A DNA stretch of 64,000 bases, taken from an uncultured Acidobacteriota bacterium (GTDB lineage: Bacteria > Acidobacteriota > Vicinamibacteria > Vicinamibacterales > UBA8438). The stretch is taken from assembly GCA_913043225.1 (NCBI GenBank), contig CAJWLU010000002.1, positions 91,457 through 155,456 of the forward strand. Reading direction: 5' to 3'. The notes below the pieces were generated by a model. The model saw nothing but the letters and a program-made list of their open reading frames with translations, was not told the origin of the DNA and searched no databases. Below, piece after piece: positions 1 to 8,358 of this stretch (positions are counted from its first letter, which is position 1; the number at the start of each line of letters is the position of its first letter). The translations under genes were made by a program, and so were the position numbers.

Positions 1-45
1 GTACGGCGGCTACCACCGTCACTATCTTCGGCTCGGCGCTTTGGT

Positions 46-777
46 TCACGACGTTGGGCCTTCGAGGTCCGGGTTGAAGGGGTAGGCGCGGCAGATGGCG
101 CGCATCGGGCAGACGAGACAGCGCGGACTGCGCGCTACGCAGACGAGTGCACCGAGGTCCATAAGAGCTTGATTGAAGTCGAACACGTCACGTCGAGGGA
201 GCAGTGCCTCGGACATTGCCCAGATACGTTTCTCCATAACGGTAGTTTTCCGGTCGCCTCGTCCTACGAATACCCGGAAGAGGACCCGCGCAACGTTCGT
301 GTCGACGATAGCGGCCCTGCGCCCGAACGCGAAGCTTTGCACCGCGCCGACCGTGTAGGCACCGATGCCCTTGAAGGAGCGGAGTGTGGTCTCGTCCGAC
401 GGGAGTTCGCCCCCGTAGCGGGCGACCACCTCGCATGCGATTTCGTGCAGTCGTTGAGGACGAGCGTTGTAGCCGAGAGGACGCCAGGTGTCGGCCACTT
501 CTTCGGGGGAGGCCGCGGCCAGCGCCTCGAGTGTCGGGTACTTCGAGAGCCACTCCTCGTACTTGGGAAGCACCCGGTCGACTTGGGTCTGCTGCAGCAT
601 TATCTCCGAGACGAGGACGCGGTACGGATCCCGTGTGCGGCGCCACGGGAGGTCACGTCCGTTGCGTCGATACCAGCCCAGTAGACGCCGTCGGAACCGG
701 CGTCGAAGGGGCGGTGCCGGTAGTTCCGGGAGGGCGGACAAGTTACCAGACTGACCGGAAGAAGGCCCCATGAGCAC
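46..777 (-). CDS. HhH-GPD / MutY-type adenine DNA glycosylase, catalytic domain only (243 aa)
   Basis: LPWRRTRDPYRVLVSEIMLQQTQV helix-hairpin-helix core, VDTNV catalytic Asp region and 4Fe-4S loop CVARSPRCLVCPMRAIC. There is no C-terminal NUDIX-like 8-oxoG recognition domain. Confidence 0.8.
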   Translation of the reverse strand: MLMGPSSGQSGNLSALPELPAPPLRRRFRRRLLGWYRRNGRDLPWRRTRDPYRVLVSEIMLQQTQVDRVLPKYEEWLSKYPTLEALAAASPEEVADTWRPLGYNARPQRLHEIACEVVARYGGELPSDETTLRSFKGIGAYTVGAVQSFAFGRRAAIVDTNVARVLFRVFVGRGDRKTTVMEKRIWAMSEALLPRRDVFDFNQALMDLGALVCVARSPRCLVCPMRAICRAYPFNPDLEGPTS

Positions 778-782
778 GGCAC

Positions 783-788
783 TATAAT
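783..788 (+). promoter_or_regulatory. Candidate -10 box (TATAAT) for a leaderless pduO transcript
   Basis: A perfect TATAAT lies 6 nt upstream of GTG 795. Only 17 bp separate the divergent start codons, and no SD is present. Confidence 0.35.
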
Positions 789-794
789 CGACAT

Positions 795-1328
795 GTGAAG
801 ATCTATACCCGTACTGGAGATACCGGAGAGACCGGATTGCTCGATGGTCGCCGCGTTTCGAAGGCGGCTCCGAGGGTCGACGCCTACGGCGAGGTCGACG
901 AACTCAACGCGTGTCTCGGACTCCTTCTGAGCACCGGACTTCAGCCGGACCTGGTGGAAGTGCTGACGCGGGCGCAGCACCAGCTGTTCTCTTTGGGGGC
1001 CGAGCTAGCGGATCCGGGAGGCAACCTAGGTCAGAAGAAGGCGTCTGTCGCCCCGGAGGAGATCGCGGCGCTCGAGGAGGCAATAGACAAGTTGGAGAAC
1101 GAGCTGCAGCCGCTACGTCGCTTCATCCTGCCGGGTGGGCATCCGTCCGCCGCTGCAGCACATCTTGCCCGCGCTGTCTGTCGCCGGGCGGAGCGGCGCA
1201 TGACGGGCCTCGGTAATGGAGAGGTGTCGGCCGCGTCGCTTGCCTACGTCAATCGGCTGTCGGATCTGCTGTTCGTGATGGCCCGGACTCTCAACGTGCG
1301 TCAGGGAGTCACCGAACAGGAGTGGTAG
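795..1328 (+). CDS. pduO: PduO-type ATP:cob(I)alamin adenosyltransferase
   Basis: GTG start. MKIYTRTGDTGETGLLDGRRVSK and the C-terminal RLSDLLFVMAR match the PduO/MMAB family. Confidence 0.85.
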   Translation: MKIYTRTGDTGETGLLDGRRVSKAAPRVDAYGEVDELNACLGLLLSTGLQPDLVEVLTRAQHQLFSLGAELADPGGNLGQKKASVAPEEIAALEEAIDKLENELQPLRRFILPGGHPSAAAAHLARAVCRRAERRMTGLGNGEVSAASLAYVNRLSDLLFVMARTLNVRQGVTEQEW

Positions 1329-1857
1329 CCAGGTCATCTTGCTGCTGAGCGGGGAGCGCGGCGTCGCGGCGTTCCATGTCGGTGCGGACGGCATCGAACA
1401 CGGCGCGGGCCAGCTCCTGCGAGATCCGTTCGCGGACACTGCCGCACTCCACCATCACGTCACCCGCACTGCTGCGCAGCAACACGTCCCATCGGTCGTG
1501 GGCGATTCCTTCGGGCCGGTCAGCGAACGAGCCAGAGTCGCCTCCATCTTCGTCGTCGTGCCGCCGTGTCGTGTAGGAGACCAGCGGCGACCCGTTGATG
1601 AGCACGCGGACCAGACGCACGTCATCCCGAGGCACGGCCCGTTCGCCCCAGTAGTAGTAGGCTTTGTCGCACACGAATAACTCAAGACCTTCCTTCGTTG
1701 GAATCTCTGCGACCACCGTGCGACCCGATTCTTTCAGTGAACGACGCTCGCGGTCCCGACTTCGCTGGTGATAGCGGAGGGTCGAGATCAACCCGAGCGC
1801 GAAGAGAAAGAGGCCGAGTGCCACCATGGCCGCGACGACATCGCGCATCCTAGCCAT
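1309..1857 (-). CDS. Hypothetical membrane-anchored protein
   Basis: 182-aa ORF with one N-terminal TM helix (VVAAMVALGLFLFALGLISTL). No family was recognised. It overlaps the pduO 3-prime end by 20 nt (convergent). Confidence 0.45.
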   Translation of the reverse strand: MARMRDVVAAMVALGLFLFALGLISTLRYHQRSRDRERRSLKESGRTVVAEIPTKEGLELFVCDKAYYYWGERAVPRDDVRLVRVLINGSPLVSYTTRRHDDEDGGDSGSFADRPEGIAHDRWDVLLRSSAGDVMVECGSVRERISQELARAVFDAVRTDMERRDAALPAQQQDDLATTPVR

Positions 1858-1885
1858 GCTACCAGCATTAGAATCGGTTAGACCG

Positions 1886-2782
1886 ATGTCGTCTTCCGCC
1901 TTGCCGACAGATCCAGCGCTCGTCTCGGCCTACGCCGCCTGTGCCAGACTCGCTCGCACCCACTACGAGAATTTCCCTGTGGCGTCGTGGGCGCTGCCGG
2001 CGCCGATGCGGCCACACATTGCCGCGATCTATGCCTTTGCTAGGACCGCCGACGACTTTGCCGACGAGGGAACGCTACCGTCCGAGGAGCGGCTGCGGCG
2101 GCTCGACGACTGGGGCGTCCGTTTGCACGAGTGCCTCGAGGGGCCACCTGGCGCGGTTGACGATCCACATGCCGCCACCTTCCTCGCTCTCTCACACACG
2201 ATTCGGATGTGTCGTCTTCCGGTGACGCTGTTCGAGGATCTGCTGAGCGCGTTCCGGCAGGACGTGAGCACCCACCGCTATGAGACATGGCATCAGCTCC
2301 TCGATTATTGCCGCCGGTCGGCTAATCCGGTTGGCCGGTTGGTGCTTCGGGTGGCAGGGCATGATGACGAGCGGCTCGATCTGGCGTCAGACGCGCTCTG
2401 CACGGCGCTCCAGCTGACCAACTTCTGGCAGGATCTGGCACGCGATTATGCTGCGGGCCGGATCTACGTGCCGGCCGAAGATCGAGACGCCTGCGGCGCG
2501 CTGGAGTCGGACCTCGAGTCGAAATGCTTCACGCCTGCCTGGCTTGAGGCCCTGGAGCGCGTGGGCAACAGGACCCGGGAGCTGTTTGAGGAAGGGCGGT
2601 CGGTGTGTGACGGCGTCAGGGGCCGCCTCGCATTGGAGCTGCGGTTGACGTGGCTGGGCGGTCTGCGGATTCTCGACCGGTTGGAGCGAGCAGGCTGGGA
2701 CGTCTATGCCCGGCGACCGACCCTGGGCGCGTCAGATGCCCCGCTGCTGCTGTGGCGTACGTTGGTCTGGAGGCGCGGTTAG
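1886..2782 (+). CDS. hpnC: HpnC-type squalene synthase family enzyme (hydroxysqualene synthase)
   Basis: YENFPVASWALPAPMRPHIAAIYAFARTADDFADEG and QLTNFWQDLARD match the squalene/phytoene synthase fold. The ORF opens at 1826; ATG 1886 is preferred and ATG 1856 is possible. Confidence 0.8.
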   Translation: MSSSALPTDPALVSAYAACARLARTHYENFPVASWALPAPMRPHIAAIYAFARTADDFADEGTLPSEERLRRLDDWGVRLHECLEGPPGAVDDPHAATFLALSHTIRMCRLPVTLFEDLLSAFRQDVSTHRYETWHQLLDYCRRSANPVGRLVLRVAGHDDERLDLASDALCTALQLTNFWQDLARDYAAGRIYVPAEDRDACGALESDLESKCFTPAWLEALERVGNRTRELFEEGRSVCDGVRGRLALELRLTWLGGLRILDRLERAGWDVYARRPTLGASDAPLLLWRTLVWRRG

Positions 2783-2798
2783 GGACGGAGCTCTTCGA

Positions 2799-3620
2799 GT
2801 GGCCCGAGACACGAACTTCTACTACTCGTTTCTGGTGCTGCCGGCTGACCAGCGCCGCGCCATCGTCGCGGTGTGGGATTTCTGTCGTGCCGTTGACGAT
2901 GCCGTGGACGAGCCTTCGCATGGCCGAGAGGGCGAGTCGCCGGAAACGGCTCTGGCCAGTTGGCGAGCCGAGCTCGACGCCTGTTACGGGTTGGCGGTGC
3001 CGACCACGCCCCAGGGACAGGGTCTGAAGCCGTTCATTGCACGGTTCGATCTTCCTCGACAGCCGTTCGATGACCTGATTGACGGCGTGGCGATGGACAC
3101 CGAGATCAGGCGCTACCAGACGTTCGACGATCTCTACGAGTACTGCATCCGGGTGGCATCGGCGGTCGGGCTGTTGTGCATCCAGATCTTCGGCTACCGG
3201 GATCCTGGCGCTCGCGACTACGCGGTGGCGCTCGGCGTGGCTTTGCAACTCACCAACATCATCCGAGACCTGCCGGGCGACCTTCGGGTAGGACGGCTGT
3301 ACCTACCCCTGGAGGATCTGGAGCGATTCGGCTGTACCGAGGACGACCTGCGAGAGGGTTTATCCGATCCAGTACGGGCTCTCCTCGCGCACGAGTGTCA
3401 GCGTGCTAGGAGCTTCTATGAGCGGGCCCGTCTGGTCCTGCCAGCCTCCGAGCGCCGGCGTCTGGTCGCGGCCGAGATCATGGGGGCAATTTACTTCGAC
3501 ATCTTCACCCGAATCGAGGGCCGCGGGCACGACGTGTTCTCGGAAGTGGTCCGCGTGCCCCGACTACGCCGGGCCTGGATTGCGGGCTCGGTCTGGGCGA
3601 GGACCGTGGTCGGACTGTGA
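2799..3620 (+). CDS. hpnD: HpnD-type presqualene diphosphate synthase
   Basis: NFYYSFLVLPADQRRAIVAVWDFCRAVDDAVDE and QLTNIIRDLPGD. The ORF opens at 2706 inside hpnC. GTG 2799 is the first start after the hpnC stop, so the start is uncertain. Confidence 0.8.
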   Translation: MARDTNFYYSFLVLPADQRRAIVAVWDFCRAVDDAVDEPSHGREGESPETALASWRAELDACYGLAVPTTPQGQGLKPFIARFDLPRQPFDDLIDGVAMDTEIRRYQTFDDLYEYCIRVASAVGLLCIQIFGYRDPGARDYAVALGVALQLTNIIRDLPGDLRVGRLYLPLEDLERFGCTEDDLREGLSDPVRALLAHECQRARSFYERARLVLPASERRRLVAAEIMGAIYFDIFTRIEGRGHDVFSEVVRVPRLRRAWIAGSVWARTVVGL

Positions 3621-4984
3621 CGTCCGAGCGATTCGACGCCGTTGTGCTCGGAGCCGGTTTTGCCGGTCTCAGTGCGGCAGCGGTTCTGGCCGACAGGGGA
3701 TGCCGAGTGCTGGTGCTCGAGGCCTCTTCCCGCCTTGGGGGGCGGGCGGCCTCGTTCCGTGACGGCGCCACCGGAGAGCAGGTCGACAATGGCCAGCACG
3801 TCCTGTTCGGGTGCTATCACGAGACCCGGCGATTCCTTGATCGTATTGGCGCGGCGGGTGGTCTTCGCGTGGCAGCCGACCTCGATGTAGTCTCGGTGAC
3901 TCCAGAGGGGGAGTCCACGCGTTTCATCTGCCCATCGCTGCCGCCACCCTTCAACCTTCTAGCTGGCGTCCTCGAGTGGCGGGCCCTTGCGTGGCGCGAT
4001 CGCCTTGCTGTGCTACGTCTGGCCGGCCCGCTCAGATTGGCCCGTCGGGAACTGCTCGGTGGCGACGTCTGCGCCACGTCGGCCGGTGAAACCGTGACCG
4101 GTTGGCTGACTCGGCACGGCCAGACGGCTCGGATCAGGGAACTGCTCTGGGACCCGCTGGCCTTGGCCGCTCTCAACCAAAGTCCGGACGTCGCAGCTGC
4201 CCCGACCTTCGTGCGGGCCCTGGCGATGATGACCGGATCCTCTTGTTCGGACGCCGCGGTGGCGCTGCCGCTCCTGCCGCTGAGAGATTTGTACGCGGAG
4301 CCGGCGCGGCGCTTCATCGAGGCCCGCGGTGGCGAAGTTCGTCTGACGACTGCCGGTCGTCTTCGGCTGGACCAGGGCCGGGTCGTTGGCGTCGACGCCG
4401 GTGCGGTTCGGGTGGAGACCGCGGTCGCTATTTCGGCCGTGCCGTGGTTCGCGCTGGCCGGTTTGTTCGGCGACAGGCCTCCAGAGGAGATGGGGATGAC
4501 GTGCCAGAATGCTGGGCAGATGGAGTCGTCTCCGATCGTCACCGTGAACCTCTGGCTGGATCGACCGGTACTCGACCGTTCGTTCGTCGGTCTGCCTGGA
4601 CGGTCGATGCAGTGGGTGTTCGACAAGGGGCAGATCTTCGGCGGGACAGCCTCGTACCTCTCACTCGTGTCGAGTGGTGCATCGGATTTGACGAGCGCGT
4701 CGACCGATACGCTCATTGCGCTGGCGACCGACGAGATTAGGTCGGCGTTTCCGGCGGGGGTGGAAGCCGTGATCACCCGCGCCACGGTCGTGCGGGAGCC
4801 GCGCGCCACCTTCTCGTTGGCGCCGGGTCAGCCCTCGCGCCCCGGAACCGAGACGCCTCTCGACGGGCTCTTCCTGGCGGGTGATTGGACCGACACCGGC
4901 CTCCCGGCTACGATCGAGGGAGCGGTTCAGAGTGGCCACCTGGCAGCAGTTGCCACCCTGGCATATCTGCACGTTGCCGGTTGA
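3617..4984 (+). CDS. hpnE: HpnE-type FAD-dependent hydroxysqualene dehydroxylase
   Basis: FDAVVLGAGFAGLSAAAVLADRGCRVLVLEASSRLGGRA is a GxGxxG FAD fold. The GTG start overlaps the hpnD stop (GTGA), and the gene sits directly after hpnC-hpnD. Confidence 0.8.
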   Translation: MTSERFDAVVLGAGFAGLSAAAVLADRGCRVLVLEASSRLGGRAASFRDGATGEQVDNGQHVLFGCYHETRRFLDRIGAAGGLRVAADLDVVSVTPEGESTRFICPSLPPPFNLLAGVLEWRALAWRDRLAVLRLAGPLRLARRELLGGDVCATSAGETVTGWLTRHGQTARIRELLWDPLALAALNQSPDVAAAPTFVRALAMMTGSSCSDAAVALPLLPLRDLYAEPARRFIEARGGEVRLTTAGRLRLDQGRVVGVDAGAVRVETAVAISAVPWFALAGLFGDRPPEEMGMTCQNAGQMESSPIVTVNLWLDRPVLDRSFVGLPGRSMQWVFDKGQIFGGTASYLSLVSSGASDLTSASTDTLIALATDEIRSAFPAGVEAVITRATVVREPRATFSLAPGQPSRPGTETPLDGLFLAGDWTDTGLPATIEGAVQSGHLAAVATLAYLHVAG

Positions 4985-5005
4985 CAGACGACCCGACACT
5001 CGACC

Positions 5006-6205
5006 ATGGCATCGGTACTGGTCCACTATCAGGAGATCGCGCTCAAGGGGAAGAATCGCCCCTGGTTTGTCGAGCGGCTCGTCAGCAATATCAGGGCTGC
5101 CACTGCAGACCTAGCGCAGGTCAAGGTGCGTGCCCTCATGGGTCGGATCGAGCTGCGGCACCCCGATGACGACGCGATCTGGGACGAGCTGAAGCGTCGC
5201 CTTGCACGAGTGCCTGGCATTGCCAACTACTCCCGAGCGATCCGGACGCCTCGGGATCTGGACGCCATTGCCGAGACCGCGTTGGCGGAGCTGGCCGATG
5301 TAGAGGCAAGCAGCTTCCGCGTTAAGGCCCAGCGTGCCGACAAACGCTTTCCGTTGACGTCGCCAGAGATCGAACGCCAGCTGGGCGGGCGTCTCAAGGC
5401 GGCGCGCAACTGGACCGTCAGTTTGACGGCGCCCGGGTTGACCGTGTGGGTCGAGATTCTGAACGACGAGGCCTTCTGCTATCTCCGGAAGGAGCCGGGC
5501 GCCGGCGGCCTACCCAGTGGGGTGAGCGGTCGGGTGGCCTGTCTCCTGTCGGGCGGGATCGATTCACCTGTGGCGGCATATCGGTTGATCAAGCGAGGCT
5601 GCCGGGTCCGCCTCGTACATTTCCACAGTTACCCGATTCTCTCGAATACGTCACAGGAGAAGGCGGTCGAACTCGCCGAGTTGCTGACTCGCTATCAGCT
5701 CGACAGCCGGCTATATCTGGTCGCCTTCGGCGAGATCCAGCGACGAGTGGTGCTGGCGATCGCGCCACCGCTCCGGGTGGTCGTTTACCGCCGGCTGATG
5801 CTCAGAATTGCGGAGCGGATCGCGCGTCTGAGCGGGGCCGGGGCGCTGGTCACGGGCGAGGCGGTCGGACAGGTCGCCTCGCAAACGCTCGACAATATGG
5901 CAGTCATAGATGCGGTGGCCTCAATGCCCGTGTTTCGTCCGCTCGTCGGGATGGACAAGGAAGAGATTGTGAACGAAGCGAAGCACCTCGGGAGCTATGA
6001 CGTCTCGATCATTCCAGACGAGGACTGCTGCACCCTGTTTGCGCCGAAACACCCGGCCACCCGCACTACTGAGAGGCAGCTGGAGGAGGCCGAGTCGGCC
6101 CTCGACATGGACGCGCTCGTCGACGAGGCCGTCGCCACTGCTGAAAGGCGGGATTTCAAGTTTCCTACCCCTGCGCTCACCGACACGCCGGTGCAAGCGG
6201 ACTGA
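5006..6205 (+). CDS. thiI: tRNA 4-thiouridine synthase ThiI (no rhodanese domain)
   Basis: MASVLVHYQEIALKGKNRPWF N-terminus, a THUMP region and the PP-loop LLSGGIDSPVAAY. Confidence 0.9.
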   Translation: MASVLVHYQEIALKGKNRPWFVERLVSNIRAATADLAQVKVRALMGRIELRHPDDDAIWDELKRRLARVPGIANYSRAIRTPRDLDAIAETALAELADVEASSFRVKAQRADKRFPLTSPEIERQLGGRLKAARNWTVSLTAPGLTVWVEILNDEAFCYLRKEPGAGGLPSGVSGRVACLLSGGIDSPVAAYRLIKRGCRVRLVHFHSYPILSNTSQEKAVELAELLTRYQLDSRLYLVAFGEIQRRVVLAIAPPLRVVVYRRLMLRIAERIARLSGAGALVTGEAVGQVASQTLDNMAVIDAVASMPVFRPLVGMDKEEIVNEAKHLGSYDVSIIPDEDCCTLFAPKHPATRTTERQLEEAESALDMDALVDEAVATAERRDFKFPTPALTDTPVQAD

Positions 6206-6221
6206 GCATCCAGGGTGCCTG

Positions 6222-6755
6222 TTACTTGCAGTGGGGGTGGAGCACCCCGGCGTAATAGTCCCGGAGCGCTTCGTGGGTGCTCTGGAACGCCAGGTCCTGC
6301 CAGGGCACTTGGTCGGCGCTGAAGGTACCAATCTCGATGCTCTCTTCGTCGTGATCGAGCTCGCCGCCCACTGCCGTCGCAGCGTAGACGATGATAACCG
6401 GCGGCCGCCGCGGGTAGGAGTAGATACTGATCAGGCCGTCGAGACGGATTTCGAGTCCGGCTTCCTCGCGGGCTTCTCGAAGCGCGGCGTCGGTGACGAC
6501 CTCGCCTCGGTCGACATAGCCACCCGGAAATACCCACAAGCCGTACCCGGGCTCGATCGCGCGTCGCACAAGCACGATCTTGTTGTTTGGCATTGAGATG
6601 ATCGTGCCGACCGCAACCTTTGGATCGAAGTACACGACATAGCCGCAGGCGGTGCAGACCAATCGCGCCGGGTCGCCCTTTTTGAGCAGGCGCGACTCGA
6701 GCATTTCGCTACAGAGCGGGCAAAAGCGGTATGGGCCTTGCCGTTCCACATGCAT
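6222..6755 (-). CDS. NUDIX hydrolase with N-terminal zinc ribbon
   Basis: CPLCSEML...CTACG (CxxC-x18-CxxC) followed by the Nudix box GGYVDRGEVVTDAALREAREEAGLE. The ORF runs to 6875, but ATG 6755 avoids overlap with the upstream gene. Confidence 0.8.
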   Translation of the reverse strand: MHVERQGPYRFCPLCSEMLESRLLKKGDPARLVCTACGYVVYFDPKVAVGTIISMPNNKIVLVRRAIEPGYGLWVFPGGYVDRGEVVTDAALREAREEAGLEIRLDGLISIYSYPRRPPVIIVYAATAVGGELDHDEESIEIGTFSADQVPWQDLAFQSTHEALRDYYAGVLHPHCK

Positions 6756-6781
6756 ACGGTTGTCTTGGCCGTCGCGCGCGG

Positions 6782-7570
6782 CTAGATCCAGCCCTTGGCC
6801 CAGTAGTAGCCGAGCCCGATGTAGTCGTAGATCGCTTGTTGGCTGATCCGGAGGTGTCGGAGTTGAGGCCCCCACTCCCGCGTGTCCCGACTCGACCGCA
6901 TCGTGCCGGGGGACGGGATAGGATCGAGCCCCTGCGTCCTGAAGGTCATGGTTGCGCGGCGGATATGCGTGGGGGAGGTCACCAGCAGGAACCGCCGGAC
7001 CCCGTGCTTGCGGAGCAGGGGAGCGAGTCTGACCGCGTGCTGATAGGTGTTCCCGGAACGGGCTTCGACGATGATCTGATCGCGAGGGACACCCAGTGCG
7101 GCAAGCTCTTGGCTGAGCAGCGCCGCAAGCGACTGGGCCTTGGACCCGTAATTGCTCGGTCCGCCAGAGGTGAACACGAGCGCCTGTGGGATGAGCGCGT
7201 GCAATCGAGCCGCCTCGAACACGCGGAGCGCGCCGACCCCGCTGATCTGCTCGATTTCGTGGCCGTGAGCCGCCACCGTGTTACTGTCGGCCGCGAGTAC
7301 GACGATGGCGGTGGCGCCGTCGGTGTCTTGCAGGCTTTCGATTGGGGCGAACTCGCGCGAGAGGCCCCACACCAGCAGGTCAGCGCCCTGGGGGGTGCTG
7401 ATGCCCAGGTAGGTTACAACGAGCGCCGTCAGCCAGACCTTGCCCAACCTGGTCAGGCGCTCCCTCCCCCATAGCATGGCCACGCCGACAGCGAGACCAA
7501 CGAACAGGAACTCGATCGAGCCAGGAAAGAACCAGCGTCTGAAGAAATCACTCAGAGCGGACAATGACAT
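6782..7570 (-). CDS. DUF218 (YdcF/ElyC-like) membrane protein
   Basis: N-terminal TM helices, then FTSGGPS...IIVEARSGNTYQHA...LLVTSPTHIRRA, typical of DUF218. ATG 7570 is chosen over the 7699 ORF start. Confidence 0.7.
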   Translation of the reverse strand: MSLSALSDFFRRWFFPGSIEFLFVGLAVGVAMLWGRERLTRLGKVWLTALVVTYLGISTPQGADLLVWGLSREFAPIESLQDTDGATAIVVLAADSNTVAAHGHEIEQISGVGALRVFEAARLHALIPQALVFTSGGPSNYGSKAQSLAALLSQELAALGVPRDQIIVEARSGNTYQHAVRLAPLLRKHGVRRFLLVTSPTHIRRATMTFRTQGLDPIPSPGTMRSSRDTREWGPQLRHLRISQQAIYDYIGLGYYWAKGWI

Positions 7571-7634
7571 CCTGCCGTCGCCATTCTCCCCCGAGGCGAA
7601 GCTGTGAGTCGAGCCGGGCTCGTAAGCCGGACGG

Positions 7635-7640
7635 TATAAT
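7635..7640 (+). promoter_or_regulatory. Candidate -10 box (TATAAT) for a leaderless def transcript
   Basis: A perfect TATAAT lies 8 nt upstream of ATG 7649, with no SD between them. Confidence 0.35.
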
Positions 7641-7648
7641 TCGTGGCC

Positions 7649-8173
7649 ATGTCGATCCTCAAGGTGGCCCGGATGGGTCACCCAGTGCTCCGTGAGCAAG
7701 CTCGGCCTCTCGAGTTATCCGAGATCTCCACACCCCGAATCCAGCGATTGATCGACGACATGTTCGAGACGATGCACGACAGTCAGGGCATAGGGCTGGC
7801 AGGGCCGCAGGTGCACGAGAGCATCCGAGTGTTCGTGGCCGGAGTGGACGACGAGGATGCGGGCATGCCTCCGGTGGTGATGATCAACCCCGAGATCACA
7901 CCGATCGGCTCTGAGGTCGTAGAGGACTGGGAGGGATGCCTTAGTATCCCAGACATTCGAGGTAGAGTGCCTCGGGCCCTGGAAATCCGCATCGGGGCAC
8001 TGGACCGTCACGGTAATCCGATCGCGATGACTGTATCCGGCTATCCGGCCCGGGTCGTCCAGCACGAGACTGACCATCTCGACGGAGTCCTGTTTTTCGA
8101 TCGGATGACGTCGTTCGACAGCCTCACCTTCCTTGAGGAGTACTCCCGCTACTGGACCGGCAAGGAGACGTAG
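7649..8173 (+). CDS. def: Peptide deformylase
   Basis: The three Def motifs are present: GIGLAGPQV, EGCLSIP and HETDHL. The N-terminus MSILKVARMGHPVL aligns with the usual Def start. The ORF track opens at GTG 7643. Confidence 0.9.
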   Translation: MSILKVARMGHPVLREQARPLELSEISTPRIQRLIDDMFETMHDSQGIGLAGPQVHESIRVFVAGVDDEDAGMPPVVMINPEITPIGSEVVEDWEGCLSIPDIRGRVPRALEIRIGALDRHGNPIAMTVSGYPARVVQHETDHLDGVLFFDRMTSFDSLTFLEEYSRYWTGKET

Positions 8174-8358
8174 GCGGCGCGGGGTTCTCGGATCGTGGCG
8201 ACGTATCGAAGACGCCTGGATCTATTTCGATGAGGAGGGAGCTCTCATTCGAGCTAGGTATTCCACCGGTCGCGATGGCGTGATCGATCGGATCGAACGT
8301 TTCCGCGACGGACAGGTCGTCGAGGTCGAGACGCCAGGGGCTGCTTCCATCCGGTAGC

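Noticed and set aside
8133-8357. A 74-aa ORF follows def and carries a motif reminiscent of the 14758-15372 repeat protein (DEEGALIRARYSTGRDGVIDRIERFRDGQ).
   Set aside because: The only canonical start (ATG 8133) lies 41 nt inside def and gives an RRRRRR N-terminus. No start codon exists after the def stop. It may be a decayed gene fragment, but there is not enough support to call a CDS.
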